Notes under the pieces: model-generated
Databases searched by the model: none
Seen by the model: the letters and a program-made list of their open reading frames with translations, nothing else
What the model was told of the DNA's origin: nothing
Shown here: one piece after another, positions 37,507 to 48,131 of the stretch
Position numbering within the stretch: the first letter of the stretch is position 1
Layout of the letters: each line of letters starts with the position of its first letter
Position numbers and translations under genes: made by a program
Assembly: GCA_027923505.1 (NCBI GenBank)
Contig: BROI01000013.1
Span: 620,001 to 684,000, forward strand
Direction of reading: 5' to 3'
DNA: 64,000 nucleotides
DNA from: Mayamaea pseudoterrestris
Taxonomy: Eukaryota

Positions 37507-39693
37507 TTAGCTAGCTAATACATCCGCCTCGATCATTTCGACGATAACGTATCCTCGATTCGTCGGTCGACAATTCAGCAGCTTGAACGCCTTGTGCAAG
37601 TCATGCACGTCCGTCGGATGAAGGTATCGATCGGAAAGGTCCCATTGCGCCTTTGGAAAGTCCCAGTCGCCGCATTGATCGACTCCTTGCATGGACGCTA
37701 CTAATCGATGCGTCGGAACCCAAACGGGTGGATACTTGTACTTGGCCATGTCCATAATGAGAAAGGCGTCTTGACTGCTCGAGTAAGATGCGATTGGAGA
37801 AAAGTGGCCATAGCCCTCCTGATTCAGCGTCATGCGATTAAAGTTTATCAGGACGCGAGCATTTGCATTTGTGAGCGCCGCGATCAGTTCAGCTCGAACA
37901 AACTCCCCAGACAAGGTTTCGTCCAAATGACGTAACTTGACTTGCCATGCTGCTTTGGGCAAATGACATTTGAGTAGCTCCGCAACCTGCGTCAAGGTCA
38001 AACCACCTGGCATGCTGAAAATGCCGTTGAACTCGTCATTGTATCGGACAACGTGATGATTGACACAAGAGTTGTTCAAAATAGATTGCTGCGTCGCATA
38101 TGGATGTGGACTGTAAATGGGATCGAGTGGCAGCTGAATATTGTTTGACGCCAACGAGTTCAAGACTGCCACTGCCGACGCCACGCCGCAAAAGCCTTGG
38201 TTCTCCTGCACGTCCCAGCCTCGTTGGTAGGCGAAAAAGTCGTGCGAGCGATCCATCCAGCCAAAGTTGCTCGTGAGCAGTGAGTATGCCACCGAGTTGT
38301 TCAAGTAAAGCAGCGGATTGTTTTGGTAAAAGACGTTCAACGTTTCATTCCGGCTCACATAGTGCTCGTCAAACCACGATTTCATGGCGCTCCACCAAAC
38401 GTTCCGCTCGTTGTCGGCATAGGTTGTCGTCGCGTTCCAATCCTTGCTCGCCTCCTGCTGCGTCCAGTTCCAATCTTTGGCAGCCTCCGTCTTGGTCCAG
38501 TTGTAAGCTCGCGACGCTTGATACTGGCTCCAGTTGCTTCCCACCTGCGCCTTGGTGCGTGCCATTTCCCAGTCTTGCCGCGCAGCATGTTGCGTCAGTT
38601 CCCACCACAGTGACGTTTGATTGCCAGCCGCGTGCGTAAAGTGCTGGTATGCGTCGAGCGTATCGGCCCACCAAGCCTTTTCCGACTGACTGGCATGGTT
38701 CCACCATGATTCAAAATTGGTTTGAATGTATTGCTTGGCGGACGACTCGTCGTGAGCAAGTGTTGTTGCGTTACCGTCGTTGATATTACTGTTGCTATTT
38801 TGCGACCACCAGTCTTGCAGGTGATGGCCAAACCGATGGAGATGATGCAGCAAATGACTTCGCCAAGCCTCCTCCGACTCGACTGCAGCCTTCCACCATT
38901 GATGATGCTGATTGTTGCTACTGTTGCCGCCATTTTCATGACTACTTATACTCTTGACCCATACTTGATGCGTCTGCTGCACTAGCGCTTCCCAGGAATG
39001 TTGCATGGCGCTGGGTGCCGACCGAACCGACGTTTGAACGCGCTGCCATGGAGCGTCGTCGTGCTTGGAATTATGGTTGACGATTGCTTGGTGCTGCTGA
39101 TTGCTGCTGCTGCTGTCGTTGGGTGATTGTGTCGTTAAAGAGGATGAGTCTGAACTCGCGTCGCTTGATGAATCACTAGTTGAATCGCCGGTCGAAAGCT
39201 CCTCCGAGACAAAACTACTGCCAGATGACGAGTCCTTCTCTTCCGTTTCTTGCTGCTGCTGCTGCTGGTGACGATGATGCGAGTGCTTTTGCTGCCTCGC
39301 GCTGCTACTCGATCCTGCTGCCGCTGAATTTTCGTCGACAAGATGCGCCGCTGACAATTGCTTCCACTCCTGCCACTGCTCGTACAGCTGCAGACGATTA
39401 TGATGATCGTATAAATTGCTTCTCTCGTGATGATTTGCTCGTATATTGTAGTAAAGAGTAATGATAGAAAAGGCTGCAAGCAGTAGCAATGCCGTCGTGG
39501 ACGCCGTCGCATATGGTGCATTGCATCTACTATACCAAGGCCGACGCCTCCTCGATATTGTCGAGTAATTCGGGGAGCCGTTCAAATCATTGGCTAGTAC
39601 AAGACTGCTTGTTTCATCTGCGGCAGCGCTACTTTCGTAGCTTCGTCGTTTCGTCCTGGATGTTGAACGCAGTAGATTGGTTTGCTCATTCAT
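37507..39693 (-). CDS. Phytochelatin synthase-like (papain-fold) protein with an N-terminal TM anchor and long Trp-rich stalk
   Basis: C-terminal QENQGFCGVAS...VLNSL, GLTLTQVAELL, INFNR..LNQEGYGHFSPIASY, IMDMAKYKYPPVWV; hydrophobic segment TALLLLAAFSIITLYY. Confidence 0.85.
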   Translation of the reverse strand: MNEQTNLLRSTSRTKRRSYESSAAADETSSLVLANDLNGSPNYSTISRRRRPWYSRCNAPYATASTTALLLLAAFSIITLYYNIRANHHERSNLYDHHNRLQLYEQWQEWKQLSAAHLVDENSAAAGSSSSARQQKHSHHRHQQQQQQETEEKDSSSGSSFVSEELSTGDSTSDSSSDASSDSSSLTTQSPNDSSSSNQQHQAIVNHNSKHDDAPWQRVQTSVRSAPSAMQHSWEALVQQTHQVWVKSISSHENGGNSSNNQHHQWWKAAVESEEAWRSHLLHHLHRFGHHLQDWWSQNSNSNINDGNATTLAHDESSAKQYIQTNFESWWNHASQSEKAWWADTLDAYQHFTHAAGNQTSLWWELTQHAARQDWEMARTKAQVGSNWSQYQASRAYNWTKTEAAKDWNWTQQEASKDWNATTTYADNERNVWWSAMKSWFDEHYVSRNETLNVFYQNNPLLYLNNSVAYSLLTSNFGWMDRSHDFFAYQRGWDVQENQGFCGVASAVAVLNSLASNNIQLPLDPIYSPHPYATQQSILNNSCVNHHVVRYNDEFNGIFSMPGGLTLTQVAELLKCHLPKAAWQVKLRHLDETLSGEFVRAELIAALTNANARVLINFNRMTLNQEGYGHFSPIASYSSSQDAFLIMDMAKYKYPPVWVPTHRLVASMQGVDQCGDWDFPKAQWDLSDRYLHPTDVHDLHKAFKLLNCRPTNRGYVIVEMIEADVLAS

Positions 39694-39983
39694 TGTGATT
39701 GCTGCTGCTTCTGCTCCTGATTCCTTGATAAATCACAAAATGACTAAGGTGAGGCGTCTATATGCCTATTTGGCACGTAGTTGTTGTAGCAGCAAGCCGT
39801 CTTGCATGTAGCGCCGTCTTGCACTTGCTTGACGAATGGACGAAAATGCCGATGCAATCGTTGTCGTCGTCGGCATCCGATTTTTTCACGTCGGAGCGGT
39901 GATGAACGTCTGTTGTCGGTTCAACGAAGCCGCAGCGGTACTCACAATTGAAGATAATCTACCGGTATGGCTTACCACTGTTA

Positions 39984-40102
39984 TTGGTACGATGAGTTTG
40001 CAGGTTGGCTTGCGGCTGACTAATTGGTACAGTATGTTTGCGGGCGGACTAAGTGGTACCATTAGTTAGCAGGTTGGCTTGCAGCTGATTAGTTGGTATA
40101 GT
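39984..40102. repeat. Imperfect ~50-bp direct repeat (period ~69 bp) in an intergenic region
   Basis: ttggtacgatgagtttgcaggttggcttgcggctgactaattggtacagt versus gtggtaccattagttagcaggttggcttgcagctgattagttggtatagt. Confidence 0.7.
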
Positions 40103-40901
40103 CAATTCACCCACTTTAGCCTACGACAGCTATGACTTGTCAAGAATGCAATAAAGACACTGCTGTCTATGCATTTCCTTGTTGTCTGCTAGACTTGGAA
40201 GCTCTTGCATGGCTATGCTTCCACCGGTTGTAGTCAAGTGGTCAGGACGTTTGGAATGTACAGAAACGGCCGGTCGTCCATGGCCGCGCACATTGCCAAT
40301 CTCCGCTTCGTCGCCACGCCTCGCGTGCGCGCCCGTTTGAATCAACTTGGAAATGGCTCGTGTGCTCCAAAGCGCCACGAAGAACGCAAACGCTCACCGC
40401 GACACTTTGTGCACCATGGACGCTCCAAAGCTTCCTCGCCCGGAGTCGTCTTTGGGCAAGGAAGACGACGACGATCATGATGGTCTCAACGAAGATGATT
40501 GCAATCAATGGTAATAATGATGATGATGATGCCAATTCTTTGAAGACGGCAGGAGCCGTCACCGTTCGAACTTCCAACCGAGTACGTCTAAGTCCGACGA
40601 GTGGCATGATGTCGCGCAGTTCATTCGTCTGTTTCATCATCCACGTCGTTTCTGCGATCTTTGATCATTGTCCCACTCGATCGTTGTGTCTTTCGATCCT
40701 CATTTCTTATGCTCTCGGATTCGATGCCTCTTGATTCTGCCACCTTGCCAAGATGAAAGACTCAGTTCAAGTTCGACAAGCCAAAGGTACGAACGAGTAC
40801 GGAGCAATGTGCACGTCTACCGCATGGCGCATTTTCCAAGTTGTTATATTGTTGCTCATTGTGTCAATCGAGTTGTCTGACTTTCACTGTATTTCTAACA
40901 G

Positions 40902-41632
40902 CCATTCTGACAAAAATGCTAGATGAAACTTTACAGAGTTCATCCAACACACAAAGCGCCATTGATATGTTGGATCAATGGGCATTACATGTCAGATTTC
41001 CTGCGAACGTTTTGATTGGGGACGCCGCTATTCCTGTGGACACATTGGCCAAAGCTCACGTTTGGGAGGAATTCTACGCGCACTGCATGGATCTCATTCT
41101 AGCGGCAGCGCAACAGGAGAGCACTAATCGGGCAGCGCAAGCTGCAGCGCTGGCTCAATCGGACGATGAAGCGCAAGAAGACGCACAAGATGACGCCAAG
41201 CATGGTTTTAGGGACGACTTTAAAGTTACAAGTTTGAGCGATGGAGATAAAATGGATTCTGATTCATCAGCCGCAACGGATCGAGTGGCACCATCTTCTC
41301 AGCCTGTTGCTGCTACCTTGGCGTCAAACCAAGGTCAGTCTCAGGCAACCGCTCCTTTGCAGGGTGCTGCGCCGATTATGCAAATCCAGACGCAGCCAGC
41401 TCCTGCTGCTCCTCCCGTGGCGAGCCAAGTTCAGTCTCAGCCATTGCCACTATTGGAGCAACCTCAACAAGTCGCTCCTTTGCAGGGTGCTGCGCCAATT
41501 ATGCAACTCCAGGCGCAAGCAGCTCCTGCTCCTTTTCCCGTGGCAGGCCAGCGTCAGCAAGCCGCTCTTCAGCCCGACACTCCGCCGCAACCTGGAGTAA
41601 TGGAGTGCCCCTGCCGTTGTCTCATACTCTAA
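40902..41632 (+). CDS. Terminal exon of a hypothetical Q/P/A-rich protein ending in a CaaX box; upstream exons unresolved (possibly from ATG 40416)
   Basis: ctaacag acceptor at 40901; open frame to TAA; internal 123-bp duplication (APLQGAAPIMQ twice); ends CPCRCLIL. Confidence 0.55.
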
Positions 41633-42107
41633 TCATGTGGACTGGACTTCGCGCGTATATTGACAATCATTAGTCTTCTATGTTATAACATTATGTTGCG
41701 GTATATTACAGTAGCGAAAGGCTATCATCTTGTCGCCAACTCGCCCGCTGGTTACGCCGCTTCGTCGAGCGGAGCGCGTCAAACTATTGCAGCTTTGCTG
41801 CTGGTCCGTTAAAGCCAAACTGAACCGAGCAGAGGTGTAAAGGCCATTATTGTTTCTCGAGCGTCATACATTCACTCGAATGCTCGAATGCTCCTACGTG
41901 CTATGGTAGTTTAGACAAAGAATGAATAGAATTGATATAGACGCGCATTTCCGTAAAGTTACTTGATACTAGTACATGCTCAGGCAGCTAGACTTGCGTC
42001 GATGTCGATGTGCTTGGCTTATTTGGTTACATTTGCATTCCGTAAATGACTGCGTCACATTTCATGGGCTCTTTGCGATACTTCCATACATCCACGTTTT
42101 CGCGTCG

Positions 42108-42512
42108 TCACCCTTGCATGGCTTTGCTCCATCCATGCCGCGGCTGCTTGACGTTTCGCATGTACTCACAGTGGCGACGATGCGTTGCAGTTGGCGGCGC
42201 TGGTCGCTTGCGACTCGTCGCGTCAGGTGAACATTTTTCTTGATCAAAGTAATACTCATCCATGGCAACCTCTTTCACTGGCCTGAAATGAACCGACGGT
42301 TGCTCGGAACTGTCCGATTGCATGGAAGAGAATGACTCGTCGCCGCAAGTACTCGTCGATGAATCAAGATCCACGGCGACCAACTGTCGCTTGGTCATCG
42401 CCAAAGAATCCGCTGCGACAGTCAAATGCTCGTCATCCACTGGATAGAATAAGCACGATGCGTTGCAAGCAGGATCGTCAAAGGCAGAGACTGGCGCGGT
42501 GTTGTGCTTCAT
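42108..42512 (-). CDS. Possible small hypothetical protein
   Basis: ATG-initiated 134-aa ORF with S/D-rich composition; no recognisable domain. Confidence 0.3.
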   Translation of the reverse strand: MKHNTAPVSAFDDPACNASCLFYPVDDEHLTVAADSLAMTKRQLVAVDLDSSTSTCGDESFSSMQSDSSEQPSVHFRPVKEVAMDEYYFDQEKCSPDATSRKRPAPPTATHRRHCEYMRNVKQPRHGWSKAMQG

Positions 42513-43069
42513 GTTGGAATGATCGTAAATTCAAATCTGAACGCTCACTTTATGGCGACAGAGCTCCTTTGTTTGTCCGTGAACCTTTTTTTAGTTGCAA
42601 AATGGCATGAACATGACGGTGACAGGGTCACGGGGGCGATGCCTTGCACAAAGTGAAGCTAATTGCAGCTGTTCCGTGGAAATTTCCAGGCTTAAACACT
42701 TTTGACACGCATGATGACGGGCAATAGTACTTTTTACCATTAATCATGAATACAAGTCACGAAGGCTTTCCAAGCCCGACTAAAAAGCTAAGTGAACCCC
42801 GGTGACAAGAGCCTTTCGTCCTTGAACAGCGAATAGCAACGATATTGATAGACGACCGAGAATTTGCTACCCTCATCTCAAAGCTATATACATTGCAAAG
42901 CTACATAGTACAGTATTAGAATATATCTTGTCGACAAGCAACTCGAATCTCATTGAATGTAAAGCAGCCGCTGATTCTGCAGTTGAACTCACCAAAGCCG
43001 GCTTGACTGTGAGTGCTTTCATTCGCACCCACGATCAACAAACTAACAAACCAGTTACCCAAGCACGTT

Positions 43070-44002
43070 TTACGAAATGACCGTTGCCGCCCGAGCCTTG
43101 AGTCGCACGGAGTTGGACCTTCGCGACGTTCGATCCAGTGGAGCAATCGCCGGTAGATGCGGTCCACGAACAAAACTCGTGCCGCGAGCAACACTACTGA
43201 GCGCTGGATGACTAGACGACCGACGCATGGACTGCAACAATGAACTGCCGTTTGCAACCACTACTGCTGATTGCTGCTGCTGCTTTGCTAGTAGTAGCTG
43301 CGCATCCAACTGACCCAGTTGCAACGCCATGCATCGGGATGTCTTGCTTGCCAGTCGCGCCTGCTTGCGAATCTCGTCGGGCGAATTGAAACCATGCCGA
43401 CGCTGCTTGTCTTGCTCCTGCAAGACGGCTTGCACGTATAAAGTCTTGCGTTCATTGGAAGCATTGACTGCAGAGTCGTTCATGTAGTCTTCTAAACCTC
43501 TCAAGTCGTCATCGCTGCCATGATTCCGACTAGTGTTGGAGGAGCTGCTGCTTTTGCTGGCGAGCTTTTTATGGTAGCGCATCATTCGTTGAATCTCCTC
43601 GGCGCTATAAAAGGCAGATTGAATGTCTTTCTCGCATAGCTCAAACTTGGAAACGTATTGCTTGTTGCAGGACAAGTCGAATCGAACCTGTTTGGTCGCT
43701 GGTGCGTTTTGTTGGCTGTGAATGCAGCAGATTTTGGAACGTCTCTCCCTGCGGTCTTCCGTTGAATGACGCTCACTAATAGATCGAGTCTTGTAATTGA
43801 CTAGCTTACTCGATGGCAAAGAAGAAGAAGTGCTCTCTACAGGCTCGTCATCATCGTCGTCGCATGATACTTGCTGCTGCTTCTCCTGCTGCAACTTGAC
43901 GGACGCTTGTCGCTTGCGAATGACGACGCGAACGATTCGTTTCGCGTCGCCACCTGATGCCGACGCCAAGGGTTCATTGACGACTTTGATGATCGAGTTC
44001 AT
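43070..44002 (-). CDS. Diatom-type hypothetical protein with an RVxF-like motif
   Basis: KQVRF...FYSAEE...LRGLE...V.AVL.EQ..Q...A...G..DA pattern, which I recognise as recurring in diatom hypothetical proteins. Confidence 0.7.
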   Translation of the reverse strand: MNSIIKVVNEPLASASGGDAKRIVRVVIRKRQASVKLQQEKQQQVSCDDDDDEPVESTSSSLPSSKLVNYKTRSISERHSTEDRRERRSKICCIHSQQNAPATKQVRFDLSCNKQYVSKFELCEKDIQSAFYSAEEIQRMMRYHKKLASKSSSSSNTSRNHGSDDDLRGLEDYMNDSAVNASNERKTLYVQAVLQEQDKQRRHGFNSPDEIRKQARLASKTSRCMALQLGQLDAQLLLAKQQQQSAVVVANGSSLLQSMRRSSSHPALSSVARGTSFVRGPHLPAIAPLDRTSRRSNSVRLKARAATVIS

Positions 44003-45276
44003 GTTGCTTAGCTGGAAATTAATGAGACGACTCGACTTTGTATGCTTGAAAACCTTTGGTCCGTGCGAATGGAGTGCGCGCTATGGACGAAACGTTCCCT
44101 GGTTTTTGACCCACGATCCAAAATGCTCATGAGGTCGTGTGAAACAGCAGGCATAAATAAATAGTGTCGGCTGTGCAGTTTTGCAATGATTGAAAACTTC
44201 AATGACGCCCAATTTTAGGCTCAAGACACTTTTCATTATTGCGCGATATTGCCCGTTTCATGAGGGCGCATATAGAAAACTGTCCAGTGGTTTGCTGGTA
44301 ATCGTAATCTGCGGGGTCCATCGTTTCGATGATCCCGCCGTGTACTGTGTTCTCCTGCTGTACTCTAGCTTGATAGCTTTGCTCATTTGCTAGCGCACGA
44401 CCCCGTCGCAGGATTACTGCCTGTATATATAAAGAAATGGCAATCTTCATGGTGGCGCTGCTGGCGTCTGACTCCAGTAACAATCGACTCACATACGATG
44501 CGCTGCCCATGATCCTTTTTGAAGTGTGTCCGCCGCTCCCTTTCGGTAGTGTTTCTGCCTGCCAGCTTGAGTTGCGGAGTGCATCGCCGCCAATGCCATA
44601 GATTATTGATGCTCGGCGCTTGGTGTCATTCCCAAATGCGTGCGAGGCATGATAATGTCAATGGTAAGCAAATGCATGCATTACAGGTTCATGAGCAGAT
44701 GGCAAGCTAGACTAGTGCACTGTAAAGTCTGGTACTGGCGTTTACACTTGCCATCGAAAACGAACCCAGTCCAAGGTTCCAAAGTTGTCCACGGTAGTTC
44801 ATAGCTAACAACCAACCGAAGCCAGTCGAATGTTCCAGGATCTTCCTCGAAATTACAGGAACTCCTCGAGCGGATGAGAACCCTTTTTGTGTGTGTATCG
44901 AATTATTGTAAAGTCAGCCGAGGTCGTTGATGGCCGTTCGCGACTGTTGTGTCGTTTCAAACGCAAAGTGTGACTCCAACGGGTGCTCGTTCCAAAATTC
45001 AGACTGACGTCATGAGATTTTAAACTGTACCGGTCAGACTTCACTCGTCTCACTCGCAGTTTTGTTCGAAGCTTCCCGATGTATTCTCCCTCTGAAATGT
45101 ACAATATTATACTGATACTGCTATTATTATCAACCTTTTGCACTATACTAGTTGTCACCAAACGAAACATTAACGATTCCAGTCAGGCTTGCCTTGAGAA
45201 ATGCAACACAGCCGTGTGGCCGCACAGTTACACTTGCAAATACGACAGCCTTTCCAGCGGACCATCTTTAAACGGC

Positions 45277-46398
45277 TTACAGTCGGAAGCTCATGCTCAT
45301 ACTCATGTACATGTCGCCTTCGTCTTCCTCGTCTTCGTGATCTGCGCCTTGGTCATGGTCGGCTCCAGCTCCTGCACTGCCTTCAACCATGCCATGGTCG
45401 GCTACGGCACTGCCTTCATCCATGCCATGGTCGCCTTCCGCCGCGGGACTGCCGTAGTTGATAGGAGAGCCAATGGAGCCTTCGCCTGGGGTGACGCGTC
45501 CATGTCCACTGTTGTTGCCTCCGGCGGAGCCATTGTTTCCACCGTTTCCGTTGTGGCCACCGGCAGAGCCTCCGTTTCCGCCGCTGTGAGTTGGGCTTGA
45601 GCCTCCGCTGGTAGGACTAGGGCCGCTATGCGTTGGGCTTGGGCCGGTTGGGGTGCGGTGTGTTGGACTTGGGCCGCTCTTGCTCGGGCTTGGACCTCCC
45701 TTGGAGCCTCCCTTCGATCCCTTGCTGGGACTAGGGCCGCCCTTGGAGCCTCCCTTTCCACCCTTGGATCCCTTGCTTGGACTAGGACCTCCCTTGCTGC
45801 CCTTGGAGCCGCCCTTTGATCCCTTACTCGGGCTACCTCCCTTGGAACCTCCCTTCGATCCCTTGCTCGGGCTTGAGCCGCCTTTGCTGCCCTTGGAGCC
45901 TCCCTTTCCGCCCTTGGATCCCTTACTTGGGCTTGAGCCGCCCTTGCTTCCCTTGGAACCTCCCTTGGATCCCTTGCTGGGGCTTCCACCCTTTCCACCC
46001 TTGCTTGATCCGCCCTTGGATCCCTTGCTTGGGCTTCCTCCCTTTCCGCCTTTACTGGATCCTCCCTTGGATCCCTTGCTTGGACTGGAGCCCGAGCCGC
46101 CCTTGCTAGAACCTCCCTTTCCGCCCTTACTGGATCCTCCCTTGCTGCCCTTGGCCGCCTTGGATCCCTTGCTGGACTTGGATCCCTTGCTCAACACCCG
46201 ACGGACGCCTCCATGAATCGGCACTGGCTCCTGCACCCAGAGTGATTCCAGGACGGACGCGGCCGCCGCTCGCTGGTCGACGGCGTCGTCCACCTTGAGG
46301 ACGCTGCGGCGACGGTGACGAACGAGCGAGGAGTCGTCCTGGGCGCACGTTGATGCGACCAAGACTGATAGTAGGAGAAGACAGATTTTGGACATCAT
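45277..46398 (-). CDS. Silaffin/cingulin-like secreted Lys/Ser/Gly-rich protein
   Basis: Signal peptide MMSKICLLLLSVLVASTCA, RRRSVL and RRVL putative processing sites, many SKGSKGG / KGGK (KxxK) repeats, acidic segment, MYMSMSMSFRL tail. Confidence 0.85.
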   Translation of the reverse strand: MMSKICLLLLSVLVASTCAQDDSSLVRHRRRSVLKVDDAVDQRAAAASVLESLWVQEPVPIHGGVRRVLSKGSKSSKGSKAAKGSKGGSSKGGKGGSSKGGSGSSPSKGSKGGSSKGGKGGSPSKGSKGGSSKGGKGGSPSKGSKGGSKGSKGGSSPSKGSKGGKGGSKGSKGGSSPSKGSKGGSKGGSPSKGSKGGSKGSKGGPSPSKGSKGGKGGSKGGPSPSKGSKGGSKGGPSPSKSGPSPTHRTPTGPSPTHSGPSPTSGGSSPTHSGGNGGSAGGHNGNGGNNGSAGGNNSGHGRVTPGEGSIGSPINYGSPAAEGDHGMDEGSAVADHGMVEGSAGAGADHDQGADHEDEEDEGDMYMSMSMSFRL

Positions 46399-47976
46399 GA
46401 TATGAGTTGATGTAAATTAGTTTTGGAGCCTGCGATGTTTTGATGAATGCGAAAGAAAAGAGTTCGGATGGATGTGAGATGATGGATGAATGAGCGATTA
46501 GCAAGCGTGACAGTCGATCGATCGATCGAGCAGTCCAAAGAAGCAGCAGCAGCAGCAGCAGTCACTGCTCGTAACCTCGCGCGAGCATGCAAAGGACTCC
46601 TTCTTCATTGCTTGCTGCCAGTCATTTTGCACTGCGCATTACGTGCGTAGCGCCGCGTCTTCCTCGCGCACCTCGAGAGAAACGCCATTGTTTGGATCCG
46701 ACTCGACCCTCGCGTCGGCATCAGTAGCTCCGACAACAATCGACTCACCTTTCTCAATTTATGAGTGAACGCTGGATTGCTTTGTGCAAGTAAAGTGGAG
46801 CGAAAGCAAAGACGTGTAGAGCTAAATGCACATGCAGTGATGCAGGGCAAGTCGACAATAATGAACGATTTTTGGTGAGGACTTTTGCAGCGTGGTGCAC
46901 CGCGTGCGAACAAAGTCTCCGGGTTGTCGCTGCCAAAAATCCGAGGGTCTTTTGCCGCATGGAAAAGACTCGGAACGGATCGTTAACTAGCAGTCGTGCG
47001 CGCCCGCAGGGCAATGGTCGCCGAATTTGAAATTGCGCCACGCTCCAGCGGTTTACGTAACCGAAAACCACTGGCGGACGACGCGTGTATCGTCAGCGGT
47101 TGGCTAAACAAATCGACGACGTTTCGCGTTTCCGGAAACTCGTGGAGCCTCTTGGTGGACGAACGCGATCGATGGTTCCGTCCGCAAGGCTGGATCGATC
47201 GTGCATGCGCACTCGAGTGCGTACCAAGTGATATTGTCATGGAAACATGACGGCATGCTACATAACAATCGATTCTTCCGCATCTGTTTAGGTGGATCGG
47301 CCGGATGGTTTGCCGACTGACCGGAGTTTTGGCACGATGGGCCGATTCTACTTGCGTGATGCGGTGCAGCAAGCTTGCTCCTCGGATGGCTGCGTGGCTG
47401 CCGATGGATGAAAACGAAGTTCAGCGCTAGGGCAACAACTGCACGAAACAGTTCGTGCAGCGCAGTATGCTTTACTGGTTTGCATTACAATGCGGCGTAG
47501 CTTCTGTCCATTGCATCGATTCGTCGACACTCTCTACTTTGACTGCTGTTTCTCACTCGTTGCTCGATCCAATCGGTCCTGATCCATCGGAGAGTGCCAA
47601 CAGATTGGAGCCATGAACCGTTAGCCAAACCATATTTTGCTCGCGTAGAAGCATTTATAATCGCAAAATTTATTTGCCGTGTCTCGTCAATGTAGAATGT
47701 ATGTACCGGTACAGTAGCTGTAGCTGTGCAACCGCAAAACGAATCTGTCGATGGCCATGGCCAAATTGTATTGCGATTATCTGTAAATTACATGTAGCTC
47801 CTCAACTCAACTGTCAAACTCTTTTACTGTAAACAATTTAACCACTAATAGCATCCATAGCTTGGCCATGGCCGTTCCCGTTTTGGTTGCTTGCTTGCTT
47901 TGTTCGACTGGAAGCATACTTTGTGTCTGACGCGACACGACTCGCGACTCGGCTGGCGTCGCGAAACGCCGCCGTT

Positions 47977-48131
47977 CCACCAGTCTCAGCCCACAGATGT
48001 GTCCTTGACAATTGAATGCCTTTATATCAGGCCAAGTACACACTTGAAATAGACCAGACTGGTGCCAACATCAGTATTCAGGCTGCACTATAAGTTGTTA
48101 TGCCTGGCTGGTGTCTCTGTAGGCTGCAGTG
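47977..48131 (+). repeat. Solo diverged copy of the 169-bp satellite monomer
   Basis: caccagtctcagcccacagatg ... accagactggtgccaacatcagtattcaggctgcactataagttgttatgcctggctggtgtctc matches the monomer in order and orientation. Confidence 0.9.

Noticed and set aside
33462..39693. Sulfur/thiol gene cluster (rhodanese plus PCS-like)
   Set aside because: Separated by an unrelated kinase and not co-oriented; adjacency is plausibly chance.
45402..46216. Pro/Leu-rich and Arg-rich ORFs overlapping the silaffin-like gene
   Set aside because: Antisense and alternative-frame shadows of the KGS repeats.
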